64,000 bases of DNA from Minisyncoccota bacterium. Its GTDB lineage: Bacteria > Patescibacteriota > Minisyncoccia > Phycocordibacterales > Phycocordibacteraceae. Both the position numbers and the translations under genes were made by a program. The notes under the pieces are model-generated. The model had not been told where the DNA came from and ran no database searches. It saw only the letters and a program-made list of their open reading frames with translations. Below are positions 8,051 to 19,484 of this stretch, in pieces (the first letter of the stretch is position 1; every line of letters starts with the position of its first letter). The stretch lies in the NCBI GenBank assembly GCA_036399335.1, contig DASWNF010000010.1, positions 4,066 to 68,065 of the forward strand, in the 5' to 3' direction.

Positions 8051-10273
8051 ATGCTTAAGCGGCTTGAAATTGCCGGGTTTAAATCGTTCGCGCGGAAGAC
8101 CATCCTCGACTTCTCGAATGCGACGACCGCCATCGTCGGTCCGAACGGGTCGGGGAAGAGTAATGTCGCGGAGTCTTTCCGTTTCGCACTCGGCGAACAG
8201 TCCATGAAATCGATGCGCGGAAAGCGCAGCGAAGACCTTATCTGGGCGGGCTCCCACACGTCGCCGCGTTCAAACCGCGCTTCGGTCACGATCGTCTTCG
8301 ATAACACGCGCCGCATTTTCCCGCGGCTCGACTTCGACGAGGTGACAATTGAGCGCGCGGTCTTCCGCGATGGCGCGAGCGAGTACGCCATAAATGGTTC
8401 GAAGGTACGGCTCCGAGACGTCCAGGAGCTTCTTGCGTCCGCAAACATCGGCGAGACGGGGCACCATATCATTTCCCAGGGAGAGGCCGACCGCATACTC
8501 CTTTCGCATCCGCGTGAGCGCCGCGCCATGCTCGAGGACGCGCTCGGCCTCAAGGTCTTTGAGTTCAGGAAGCAGGAAGCGGAGCGGAAGCTCGAGAAGA
8601 CGGAGGAGAATGTCCGCGAGGTAGAGGGGCTCCGCCGTGAACTTGCCCCCCACATCCGCTTCCTCAAGAAGCAGGTCGAGCGCATCGAGCGCGCGGAAGG
8701 CCTCCGCCATGAACTCGTCGACGCCTCGCGCAAGTACTTCGCCATCGAGGAATTGTATATACGCACCGAACGCACGCGCGCCGAAGAGGAGCGGAAGGGG
8801 ACTGCGGTACGGCTTGCAGTCGCGTCGGGCGAGCTCACCGCCTTTGACGAGCGCACGACCAACGATGTCGAGGGTGCCAAATTCGCCGAACGGATCCGTC
8901 AGGCCGAGCGCGAGCTCGAACGTCTCACGAACGAGCGCTCCTCGCTTTCCCGCGACATGGGACGGAATGAGGGCGCGCTCGAAAGCGCAAAGAAGCGGAG
9001 CCTCCAGGTCGCGCACGACCCGTACGTAAAGGTGCCGCGCGAGGACTTCCTCACGCTTCGCGATGAAGTCGAGAAGCAGTCCGCGCTTGAGGCGCATGCG
9101 CCGGCAACGACCCTCCATGCCGCCCTCCAGGCGCTGAGGACTACGGTCCAGGCCTTCTTCGAGCGCTTCGCGCTGCCGAACGACGACTACCTCGCCGAGG
9201 AAGAGCACCAGGTGCATGTGCTTGAGAACGAGCGTACCGGGCTCCTGGCCCGCGAACGCGAGCTCGACGAATCCATCAGCAAGACACGCGTCGAGCTCGC
9301 GCACGCCCGCGAGGCGTCCATGGCGTACGACGAGACCGGACGCGAGGAGCGCCACCGCATCCTCCGGCTTGCCGAGGAGAAAGCGCGCGAAGAAGGCGCG
9401 CTTGCGCGCCTCGACGGGCGCCTGCGCGAGCTCGAACTCCTCCACGAGGAATGCGAACGCGAACGCCGCGAGACCGTCGCGCTCGCGGGCACTGCGGCGC
9501 TTTCCTTCGAGACGCTTACCGAATTGCCTGCAGAAGAGCGCCGGACGCAGGAGGAGCGCAAGCGCCAGCTCGAACGCCTCAAGATCCGTGTCGAGGAAGC
9601 CGGCGGGGGCGGGGAGGACGTAAAGAAAGAATACGAGGACTCGGTCGCGCGCGATGAGTTCCTCGCGCGCGAGCTTGAGGACCTCGCTAAGTCTGCAGAA
9701 GGGCTCCGCGGCCTTATCGGCGACCTCGAAACCGAACTCGCGAAGACCTTCTCCGAAGGCCTTGCAAAGGTGAACACTTCTTTCAGCGAGTACTTCGGCC
9801 TTATGTTCGGGGGCGGGTCGGCAAAGCTCGTGCTCGAAGAGTTCGCCGCCGTCGAAGCCGAGGACGAATTTGAAGACTCGCTTGACGATGAGCCGCAGGC
9901 AGCGCCGAAGAAGGGGAAGCCGGGTATCGAAATTTCAGTAAACCTGCCGAAGAAGCGCGTGCAGTCGCTCATGCAGCTTTCGGGCGGGGAGCGCGCGCTC
10001 ACGTCCATCGCCCTTATCTTTGCCATGAGCCAGGTGAACCCACCGCCGTTCCTTATACTCGACGAGACCGATGCCGCGCTCGACGAAGCGAACAGCCGCC
10101 GTTATGGCGACCTCATCGCCGAGCTCTCAAAGAAATCACAGCTTATCGTCATCACCCACAACCGCGAGACCATGAGCCGCGCTGGCATCCTCTACGGCGT
10201 CACGATGGGGAATGACGGCATCTCGAAGCTCCTGTCCATTAAGTTCGACGAAGCCGTTGCAGTGGCAAAATAG
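8051..10273 (+). CDS. smc: SMC-family chromosome segregation ATPase, short form (740 aa)
   Basis: LKRLEIAGFKSF, Walker A GPNGSGKSN, Q-loop IISQG, LSGGE, Walker B LILDETD, coiled coils. Confidence 0.92.
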   Translation: MLKRLEIAGFKSFARKTILDFSNATTAIVGPNGSGKSNVAESFRFALGEQSMKSMRGKRSEDLIWAGSHTSPRSNRASVTIVFDNTRRIFPRLDFDEVTIERAVFRDGASEYAINGSKVRLRDVQELLASANIGETGHHIISQGEADRILLSHPRERRAMLEDALGLKVFEFRKQEAERKLEKTEENVREVEGLRRELAPHIRFLKKQVERIERAEGLRHELVDASRKYFAIEELYIRTERTRAEEERKGTAVRLAVASGELTAFDERTTNDVEGAKFAERIRQAERELERLTNERSSLSRDMGRNEGALESAKKRSLQVAHDPYVKVPREDFLTLRDEVEKQSALEAHAPATTLHAALQALRTTVQAFFERFALPNDDYLAEEEHQVHVLENERTGLLARERELDESISKTRVELAHAREASMAYDETGREERHRILRLAEEKAREEGALARLDGRLRELELLHEECERERRETVALAGTAALSFETLTELPAEERRTQEERKRQLERLKIRVEEAGGGGEDVKKEYEDSVARDEFLARELEDLAKSAEGLRGLIGDLETELAKTFSEGLAKVNTSFSEYFGLMFGGGSAKLVLEEFAAVEAEDEFEDSLDDEPQAAPKKGKPGIEISVNLPKKRVQSLMQLSGGERALTSIALIFAMSQVNPPPFLILDETDAALDEANSRRYGDLIAELSKKSQLIVITHNRETMSRAGILYGVTMGNDGISKLLSIKFDEAVAVAK

Positions 10274-10277
10274 GGGC

Positions 10278-10487
10278 TTAGGAGTAGCACCAGAAGTCGG
10301 TATGGTCCTGTTCGTCTAAGTCGGCGAGGGGATTACCGCCGAGCTGGTATGGCCCTTGGTGCCCGGGTTTCGTGCCAGGTACGTCGTCTGGATGCACATC
10401 GCGCTGGAGGTAGGCATCCGTAATAGGGCCCGGCTGCTCAATGATAGGCTCGTTCAGGTTCTGGTCTTGGTTCAGGCTCTCATCCAT
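10278..10487 (-). CDS. Small acidic hypothetical protein
   Basis: 69 aa ORF filling the gap between smc and the rnr terminator. Confidence 0.5.
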   Translation of the reverse strand: MDESLNQDQNLNEPIIEQPGPITDAYLQRDVHPDDVPGTKPGHQGPYQLGGNPLADLDEQDHTDFWCYS

Positions 10488-10589
10488 ACCTTAATGGGGT
10501 CATAAGCACCCTTAATATTTGATGAAAAAATACCCTCCCCACAAACAGGTGTGGGAGGGTGTTTCTTAAATCTCATGGGTCGGTTCCGT

Positions 10590-12566
10590 TTACTTCTCTA
10601 CGACGGCGAAGTCGAGTTCCTTTTCCGCGACACGCGCCGCAAGAAGCTTCACCCGAACCGGGTCGCCGAGCGCGTACTGCTTCTTCGTGCGCTCGCCGAC
10701 GAGCCGGTACCGCTTCTCGTCGTACGAGAAGTAGTCGTTGCCGATGTCGCGCATGCGCGCCATGCCTTCTGCCCGGGTCTCCTTCAGTTCCACGTACATG
10801 CCCCGGTCGGATACGCCCGAGATGACGGCGTCAAACTCTTCGCCGATACGGCCCTCAAGGTACTCGACCTGCTTCATCTTGATTGAGTCGCGCTCGGCTT
10901 CGGTCGCCGATACCTCGCGTTCGTTCGAGTGGAGCAGGAGCTCGTCGAAGGCGGCGAACTCCTCATCGCTCATCGGCTCGTGCTCTGCAAAGTGCTTCAC
11001 CATGCGGTGCACGAGAAGGTCGGGGTAGCGGCGGATAGGCGAGGTGAAGTGGGTGTAGAAGGAGAAGGCGAGGCCGAAATGGCCGATGTTCTTCGTGGTG
11101 TAGGCAGCTCGTGCCATTGAGCGTAGCGTCGCGACCTTGATGAGGTACTCTTCGGGTTTGCCTTTCACCTGGTCGAGGAGCGCGTTAATGTCCGCACCCT
11201 TTACCTTGCCGCCGTGGGTCTCGAGCGTATACCCGAGGACCTTCAAGAATTCGGAGAGGTTCGCGATGCGATCAGCATCGGGCACGTCGTGGGCGCGGTA
11301 GATAGACTCCATCTTCGTACCCTTCACTTTCTCAGCCAAGTACTCGGCAACGGCTTCGTTCGCGAGGAGCATGAAATCCTCGATGAGGAGCATGGTCGCG
11401 ACGCGTTCCTTGATGTGTACGTTAATTGGCTTGCCCGCTTCATCGAGCTCGATCTTCACCTCAGGAGTGTCAAATGCGATGGCACCGGCGTTCTCACGGC
11501 GCGCCCGACGCTTTTTGGAAAGCTCTTGGAGGAGCGTAAGTTCCTTCAGGAACGGGCCTTCGTTCTTATCGAGTACTTCCTGTGCGTTCTCGTAGGTAAA
11601 TCGCTTATCCGAGTGGATGACCGTCTCGCCGAACCACCGATTTACGATACCTCCCTGTGAATCGAGCTCGAATACCGCGGCGACCGCGAGGCGGTCCTCG
11701 TTCGGGTTAAGCGAACAGAGGTCGGTTGAAAGCACCTCGGGGAGCATGGGAATCGTACGGTCGACGAGATAGACGGAGGTCGCACGGTCGCGCGCCTCGT
11801 CGTCGATCGAGGTCCCGGGGCGTACGAAGAAGGATACGTCGGCGATGTGGATACCGACTTCGACATTCCCGTTCTCAAGCTCGCGTACGGAAAGGGAGTC
11901 GTCGAAGTCCTTCGCCGTGAACGGGTCGATGGTGAAGGTGGTAATGCCACGGAAGTCGCGGCGACGGCCGTCCTTGATGCCTGCCTCGGCCTCTTCCATG
12001 AGCATGCGCGTGCCGTTTTCCTCGAGCTCGCGCGCTTCGTGTACGACGCCCGGTGGGAAGTCGCTCCGGAAGCCCGAGCCGAGCGCGAGTGCGCGCATCT
12101 CGGTTTCGTGGACTCCGGCCGGACCGATTATCTCCTCGAGGGTAGCGACCGGGAAGTGCGCCTCGGGCGGCCAATCGACGAGTCGCACGGCTACCTTCTG
12201 CCCGTGCGGGAGGGACTCGCCGCGCACGAGGAAGGGTACGTACATCTTCTTCCAATCGGGGATGAGATACGTCTCGGCGGGATTCTGGTTAATCTCATTG
12301 CCGGGCACGAGGGTCCCGACGAACGTCGTGCGGCTGCGGCGGACGATCTTCACGACCTTGCCTTGGGGACGGCGCTCGCGGGTGCGCGGGTCGGGAGCCG
12401 AAAGGCCTGCCGGGTCGACCTTCACGATGTCGCCCGAAAAGGCGCCACCGAGGTTTTCGCCGGGGATGAAAAGATCATCCTTTTCAGGGTCGATCGAGAA
12501 GAATCCCTTGCCCGTGCGGGTAATGACGATGGGGCCTTCGTAGGTCCCCGGAGTTGGTGCGTTCAT
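10590..12566 (-). CDS. rnr: Ribonuclease R (RNB family)
   Basis: TIDPFTAKDFDD, HIADVS, YTHFTSPIRRYPDLLVHR, C-terminal S1. Confidence 0.96.
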   Translation of the reverse strand: MNAPTPGTYEGPIVITRTGKGFFSIDPEKDDLFIPGENLGGAFSGDIVKVDPAGLSAPDPRTRERRPQGKVVKIVRRSRTTFVGTLVPGNEINQNPAETYLIPDWKKMYVPFLVRGESLPHGQKVAVRLVDWPPEAHFPVATLEEIIGPAGVHETEMRALALGSGFRSDFPPGVVHEARELEENGTRMLMEEAEAGIKDGRRRDFRGITTFTIDPFTAKDFDDSLSVRELENGNVEVGIHIADVSFFVRPGTSIDDEARDRATSVYLVDRTIPMLPEVLSTDLCSLNPNEDRLAVAAVFELDSQGGIVNRWFGETVIHSDKRFTYENAQEVLDKNEGPFLKELTLLQELSKKRRARRENAGAIAFDTPEVKIELDEAGKPINVHIKERVATMLLIEDFMLLANEAVAEYLAEKVKGTKMESIYRAHDVPDADRIANLSEFLKVLGYTLETHGGKVKGADINALLDQVKGKPEEYLIKVATLRSMARAAYTTKNIGHFGLAFSFYTHFTSPIRRYPDLLVHRMVKHFAEHEPMSDEEFAAFDELLLHSNEREVSATEAERDSIKMKQVEYLEGRIGEEFDAVISGVSDRGMYVELKETRAEGMARMRDIGNDYFSYDEKRYRLVGERTKKQYALGDPVRVKLLAARVAEKELDFAVVEK

Positions 12567-12606
12567 GAAAAGACTTTACCAGATAAAGATGTATGTGCTA
12601 TTAATA

Positions 12607-12698
12607 TGGGGTGCCAGTTCGTAGGGCACGCATCCTCCCTAGCAGCCCGTTTGGGCCACCTCGGGCCGGTTCCCACAAGGAACCGGCCCATTTTTTTA
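12607..12698 (+). ncRNA. Candidate small structured RNA ending in a terminator
   Basis: Extended -10-like tgtgctattaat just upstream; hairpins gtgcc/ggcac and gccc/gggc; gggccggttcc/ggaaccggccc followed by T7. Confidence 0.35.
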
Positions 12699-12811
12699 TT
12701 ACGAACCTCAACTCGATTGCGGCAAGCGCCTTGTGGGGCCTTACATAGGCCTGCCGTGGCTCGCTGTATTTTTTGACCAAACAGCTTAGCTCTGGTACGC
12801 TCTCTTTCATT

Positions 12812-13303
12812 ATGTTGATGATCCGATTTCAGCGCATTGGCCGCAAGAACGACCCGGCCTTTCGCATCGTCGTGCTCGAGAAGTCGTCCGGCCCTAAGGC
12901 GGGCTCATACGTCGACCTCGTCGGTACGTATAACCCGAAGACGAAGGCCGTTACCCTTAAGCCGGAGAATATCCGTACGTGGATAGGGAAGGGCGCGCAG
13001 GTATCCCCTTCGCTCCACAACCTGCTCGTAAAGGAAGGCGTGCTCGAGGGTGCTAAGAAGGGCGTCATCTCGAAGAAGAACCTCGAGAAGAACAAGCCCG
13101 CACCCGAAGCCGCACCGGCAGAGGCAGCTCCTGAGGCTCCAGCAGAAGCCGCAGCTCCTGCAGCCGACGAAGTGACCGTTGAGGCGCCGGCCGAGATGGA
13201 AGCCGCAGTTGAGGCAGAGGCAGAGCCCGCTCCCGAGGAGCCTGCAGCCGAAGCAGCCCCTGAGGCCGCTCCAGAAGCAGCTCCCGAAGAAGCGAAGGCC
13301 TAG
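12812..13303 (+). CDS. rpsP: 30S ribosomal protein S16 with long Ala/Glu/Pro tail
   Basis: IRFQRIGRKNDPAFRIVV, GTYNP, GAQVS. Confidence 0.96.
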   Translation: MLMIRFQRIGRKNDPAFRIVVLEKSSGPKAGSYVDLVGTYNPKTKAVTLKPENIRTWIGKGAQVSPSLHNLLVKEGVLEGAKKGVISKKNLEKNKPAPEAAPAEAAPEAPAEAAAPAADEVTVEAPAEMEAAVEAEAEPAPEEPAAEAAPEAAPEAAPEEAKA

Positions 13304-13380
13304 CGTCTTCACGCTTCCCACAAGGAAGCTCATGTACCCTGTATTCTGACTACCCCTTATCCTTTTAACTCTGACACGCC

Positions 13381-13683
13381 ATGGACCAGGACCACGCTTT
13401 CCTCGACTACACCGTAAAGGCACTTGTTGATACTCCGGACGCCGTCGTTATCACCCGTTCGGTTGATGAGATGGGCGTACTCCTCACCCTTACCGTTGCC
13501 CCTGACGACATGGGCAAGATAATCGGCCGCGACGGCAATATCGCCAAAGCCCTCCGCACGCTCCTGCGCGTGGTTGGCATGAAGCACAATGCCCGCGTGA
13601 ACCTGAAAATCAACGAACCCGTTGGCGGCAAGCGTATCCGCGACGACAAGTCGCTTGATGAGGCGCTCGACGGCGTCGCCTAG
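13381..13683 (+). CDS. khpA: KH-domain RNA-binding protein KhpA
   Basis: DMGKIIGRDGNIAKALRTLL; between rpsP and trmD. Confidence 0.92.
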   Translation: MDQDHAFLDYTVKALVDTPDAVVITRSVDEMGVLLTLTVAPDDMGKIIGRDGNIAKALRTLLRVVGMKHNARVNLKINEPVGGKRIRDDKSLDEALDGVA

Positions 13684-13770
13684 CTTCCGCGGTTAAAGCC
13701 GGCCGAACGGTTCTGCTGCTTCGTTGGGAAGAGGCGTTCCCGGCCGGCTTTCGCGTACTACACTTAGGAC

Positions 13771-14442
13771 ATGATCCGCTTTCATTTGATTACTCTCTTC
13801 CCAGAAGCTTGCGACGCGTACCTGAACGCGTCGATCTTGGGGCGCGCACGAAAGAACAAGAAGATCCGCGTCGACTACCAGTCGCCGCGGGATTACGTGA
13901 CTAACCGTTGGGGAAAGGTGGACGAGCGCCCGTACGGCGGCGGCCCCGGCATGGTCATGACGGCGCTCCCGGTCATTAAGGCCGTAAAGAAATCACTCGC
14001 GCGCAGGAAGGACAAGAAGGTCGCCATCGCTTGGTTCCTGCCGGGAGGCAAGGAGTTTACGAACAAGGACGCCGACACGCTGGGCACCTACGACGATGTC
14101 GTGCTTATCTGCGGGCGGTACGAGGGCATCGACGAGCGTGCCGTGAAGGCGGTAGCGACCATGGGTAAGGTGATGAAGTTTGCCGTGGGGAAGGCGACCT
14201 ATACGGGAGGCGAAGTACCGGCCATGGCCATCGTCGACGCCGTTACGCGACGCTTACCTGGCGTGCTTGGCTCGGACGAGTCCGTCGAAGAACGAAGGAC
14301 TGCCGCACGCGAGGTGTACACGCGCCCTGATACGATCGAGTGGGAAGGGAAGGCGTACAGGATCCCGAAGGTGCTCGCTACGGGCGACCACAAGAAGATT
14401 GAAGCGTGGAAGAGCAAGAAGCCTTCGCGCAAGATCGCCTAG
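13771..14442 (+). CDS. trmD: tRNA (guanine-37-N1)-methyltransferase
   Basis: ITLFPE, VDERPYGGGPGMVM, CGRYEGIDER, TGGE. Confidence 0.96.
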   Translation: MIRFHLITLFPEACDAYLNASILGRARKNKKIRVDYQSPRDYVTNRWGKVDERPYGGGPGMVMTALPVIKAVKKSLARRKDKKVAIAWFLPGGKEFTNKDADTLGTYDDVVLICGRYEGIDERAVKAVATMGKVMKFAVGKATYTGGEVPAMAIVDAVTRRLPGVLGSDESVEERRTAAREVYTRPDTIEWEGKAYRIPKVLATGDHKKIEAWKSKKPSRKIA

Positions 14443-14535
14443 TTACGCACCCGCACCTGTTGCCGTGCGCCCAAACGGTGCAATACTTCACCTCGGAGCG
14501 ATGCATACGTCATCGACAAAGAGGAGGGGATCCAG

Positions 14536-14643
14536 ATGCATTCGTCCGATAATTCCAAAACCAGCGGCAAGCCTCAAACCTGGCCTTCTCAAATGTGGGA
14601 AGCCCTGTGCGCGATGTACAGTGCGGCCTGGAAAATTCGGTAA
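14536..14643 (+). CDS. 35-aa small protein MHSSDNSKTSGKPQTWPSQMWEALCAMYSAAWKIR
   Basis: Manual translation; GAGGAGG SD at about 14521; terminator agggcggctc/gagccgccct-tt at about 14688-14712. Confidence 0.5.
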   Translation: MHSSDNSKTSGKPQTWPSQMWEALCAMYSAAWKIR

Positions 14644-14796
14644 CCGGAGGCCTCACCGCCTACGGATTTCGCCTAGCGGCAAAAGTGAGGGCGGCTCAGC
14701 GAGCCGCCCTTTGTACTATTGCCCCTTGGCGTTTTTGTTATCAAATGCAATACTCGTGACGGATTCGGCACATAAGTGCCGGGCAGGGAGGATGAC

Positions 14797-15318
14797 ATGG
14801 ATATCATGAAGTTGCTTAAGTTGCTCTTCTCGGTTGGCGGTATCGGCACGGCGGCTTTCTTGGCCGGCAGCCGCCTCGGACTTGATCCGGGCTCCATTGC
14901 ATCGGGGTACCTGGGTCTCGGCGTACTCGCCGGCATGGTCCTCCTCTATACGGGGGGCGACACGGAGGAAGACCGGGACGCGCATCGGGCTGGGGGCGTC
15001 CTCTGCCTCGGCTTTGGCCTCGGGTGCGTGATGAACGACGCTGTTTTCCTGCTCGTATGCCAGATCGCCGCAAGCTACGTTGCGCTCTGGCTCATCGCGC
15101 GGAAGTACGCGACGTTCCGGGAGATCTCGCTCCGACAGGTCACGGCCACCGCGGTCGCGCTCTTTGCGATGACCGCGCCGGTCCGCCTGCTTTCGCAGCC
15201 GGACGCGGGCGAGGGGCTCGATATCCTCGTCGCGCTCGGCATCGCCTTCCTTGGTGCCGGCATCGCCTATGCCGTCGCCACCCTGCGCTGGGAAAACGGC
15301 CGCGTCGTCGTCTTCTGA
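14797..15318 (+). CDS. Multi-pass membrane protein
   Basis: About 5-6 hydrophobic segments; GGAGG SD; terminator at about 15342-15375. Confidence 0.7.
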   Translation: MDIMKLLKLLFSVGGIGTAAFLAGSRLGLDPGSIASGYLGLGVLAGMVLLYTGGDTEEDRDAHRAGGVLCLGFGLGCVMNDAVFLLVCQIAASYVALWLIARKYATFREISLRQVTATAVALFAMTAPVRLLSQPDAGEGLDILVALGIAFLGAGIAYAVATLRWENGRVVVF

Positions 15319-15441
15319 ATTGAAGCGCATCTATGTGATGCAGAGGGCGGGTCCATGCGGACCCGCCCTCTTTTATTTACGCTAACTCATGGTCGTGGCA
15401 TACTCCCGCCAGAGGTCACACCAACCTAAAGGGGATGGACA

Positions 15442-15987
15442 ATGCTTAAGCAGTTAAGTCTTATGGCGCTGTTCTCCCTCATAGGGATGGCAGGCTACTT
15501 GTTATACGCGGGACCCGCGAGCGTGTACGCGCAGGTTGATGCCGAGACGTACGTCCGGATCGTGAGCTTCGGCGGAATTTTCCTCACGCTTCTCTTCGCG
15601 CTCGGATTCCTCAACTTCGCGCGTCCCAACGCCACCGAGATGTGGGTGAGCCTCACGCTCGGCGGCGCCCAGGCCGTATCGCTCCACCCGGATCTCTTCA
15701 TGGTTCCCGGAGCTGTCGAGGTGTTCTTCGCGCTCGTCGCCATCCTCGCGGATCGAGCGTTACGTCCCTTCAGGCGTCCGCACCGCAGGCCCGTGTTCCG
15801 AGGATCATACCTTGTCGGGTATTGGCTTGCGCTCTGGGGCACGACGTATCCGCTCCGTCACGTCCCGTTCCTTTCGCTGCCCTATACGGCCGAGCTCCTC
15901 GAGACGTGCATCGTGTGGGCAGGGAGCGTCATGGCTGCGGCCATATTCGGCCTACAGCTCAAGCATGGCAGGAATGGCAGGAGATGA
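15442..15987 (+). CDS. Multi-pass membrane protein
   Basis: Several hydrophobic segments; AAAGGGG SD; hairpin after stop. Confidence 0.7.
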   Translation: MLKQLSLMALFSLIGMAGYLLYAGPASVYAQVDAETYVRIVSFGGIFLTLLFALGFLNFARPNATEMWVSLTLGGAQAVSLHPDLFMVPGAVEVFFALVAILADRALRPFRRPHRRPVFRGSYLVGYWLALWGTTYPLRHVPFLSLPYTAELLETCIVWAGSVMAAAIFGLQLKHGRNGRR

Positions 15988-16296
15988 ACTAGTCTCTTTA
16001 GAATTGATACGTGCGCTAATCCAGGCGGCCTTAGGAAAGGCCGCCTGTCTCTTTTCCACACGTTCTACACATATTCTCCCCAGCGCGCCCGTGCACCAGC
16101 TTGACGGGGGTACGGGCGGGGCATAGACTGGGATTAACCAGAAAAGATTGAGTGAAGGGGGACACTCTGGCAGGGAAGGGCGAACATCTAAGGGCGACAA
16201 CATTTACTAAGCGTCTCGGAAAACGAGGACGCGGCTCCTGCGTGTAGGAGTCCTTTTCGCGTTTTCTTAGAATTTTTCTATTAATCGACCATCTAC

Positions 16297-19473
<3,177 letters not shown>

Positions 19474-19484
19474 CCTTTTCGACT

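Noticed and set aside
12607-12698. tRNA, tmRNA or SRP RNA call
   Set aside because: No cloverleaf or correctly placed T-loop, and the SRP motif is incomplete; kept only as an unnamed candidate
12812-14442. Absence of rimM and rplS from the rpsP-trmD cluster
   Set aside because: Cannot be judged from one window; rearrangement is common in reduced genomes
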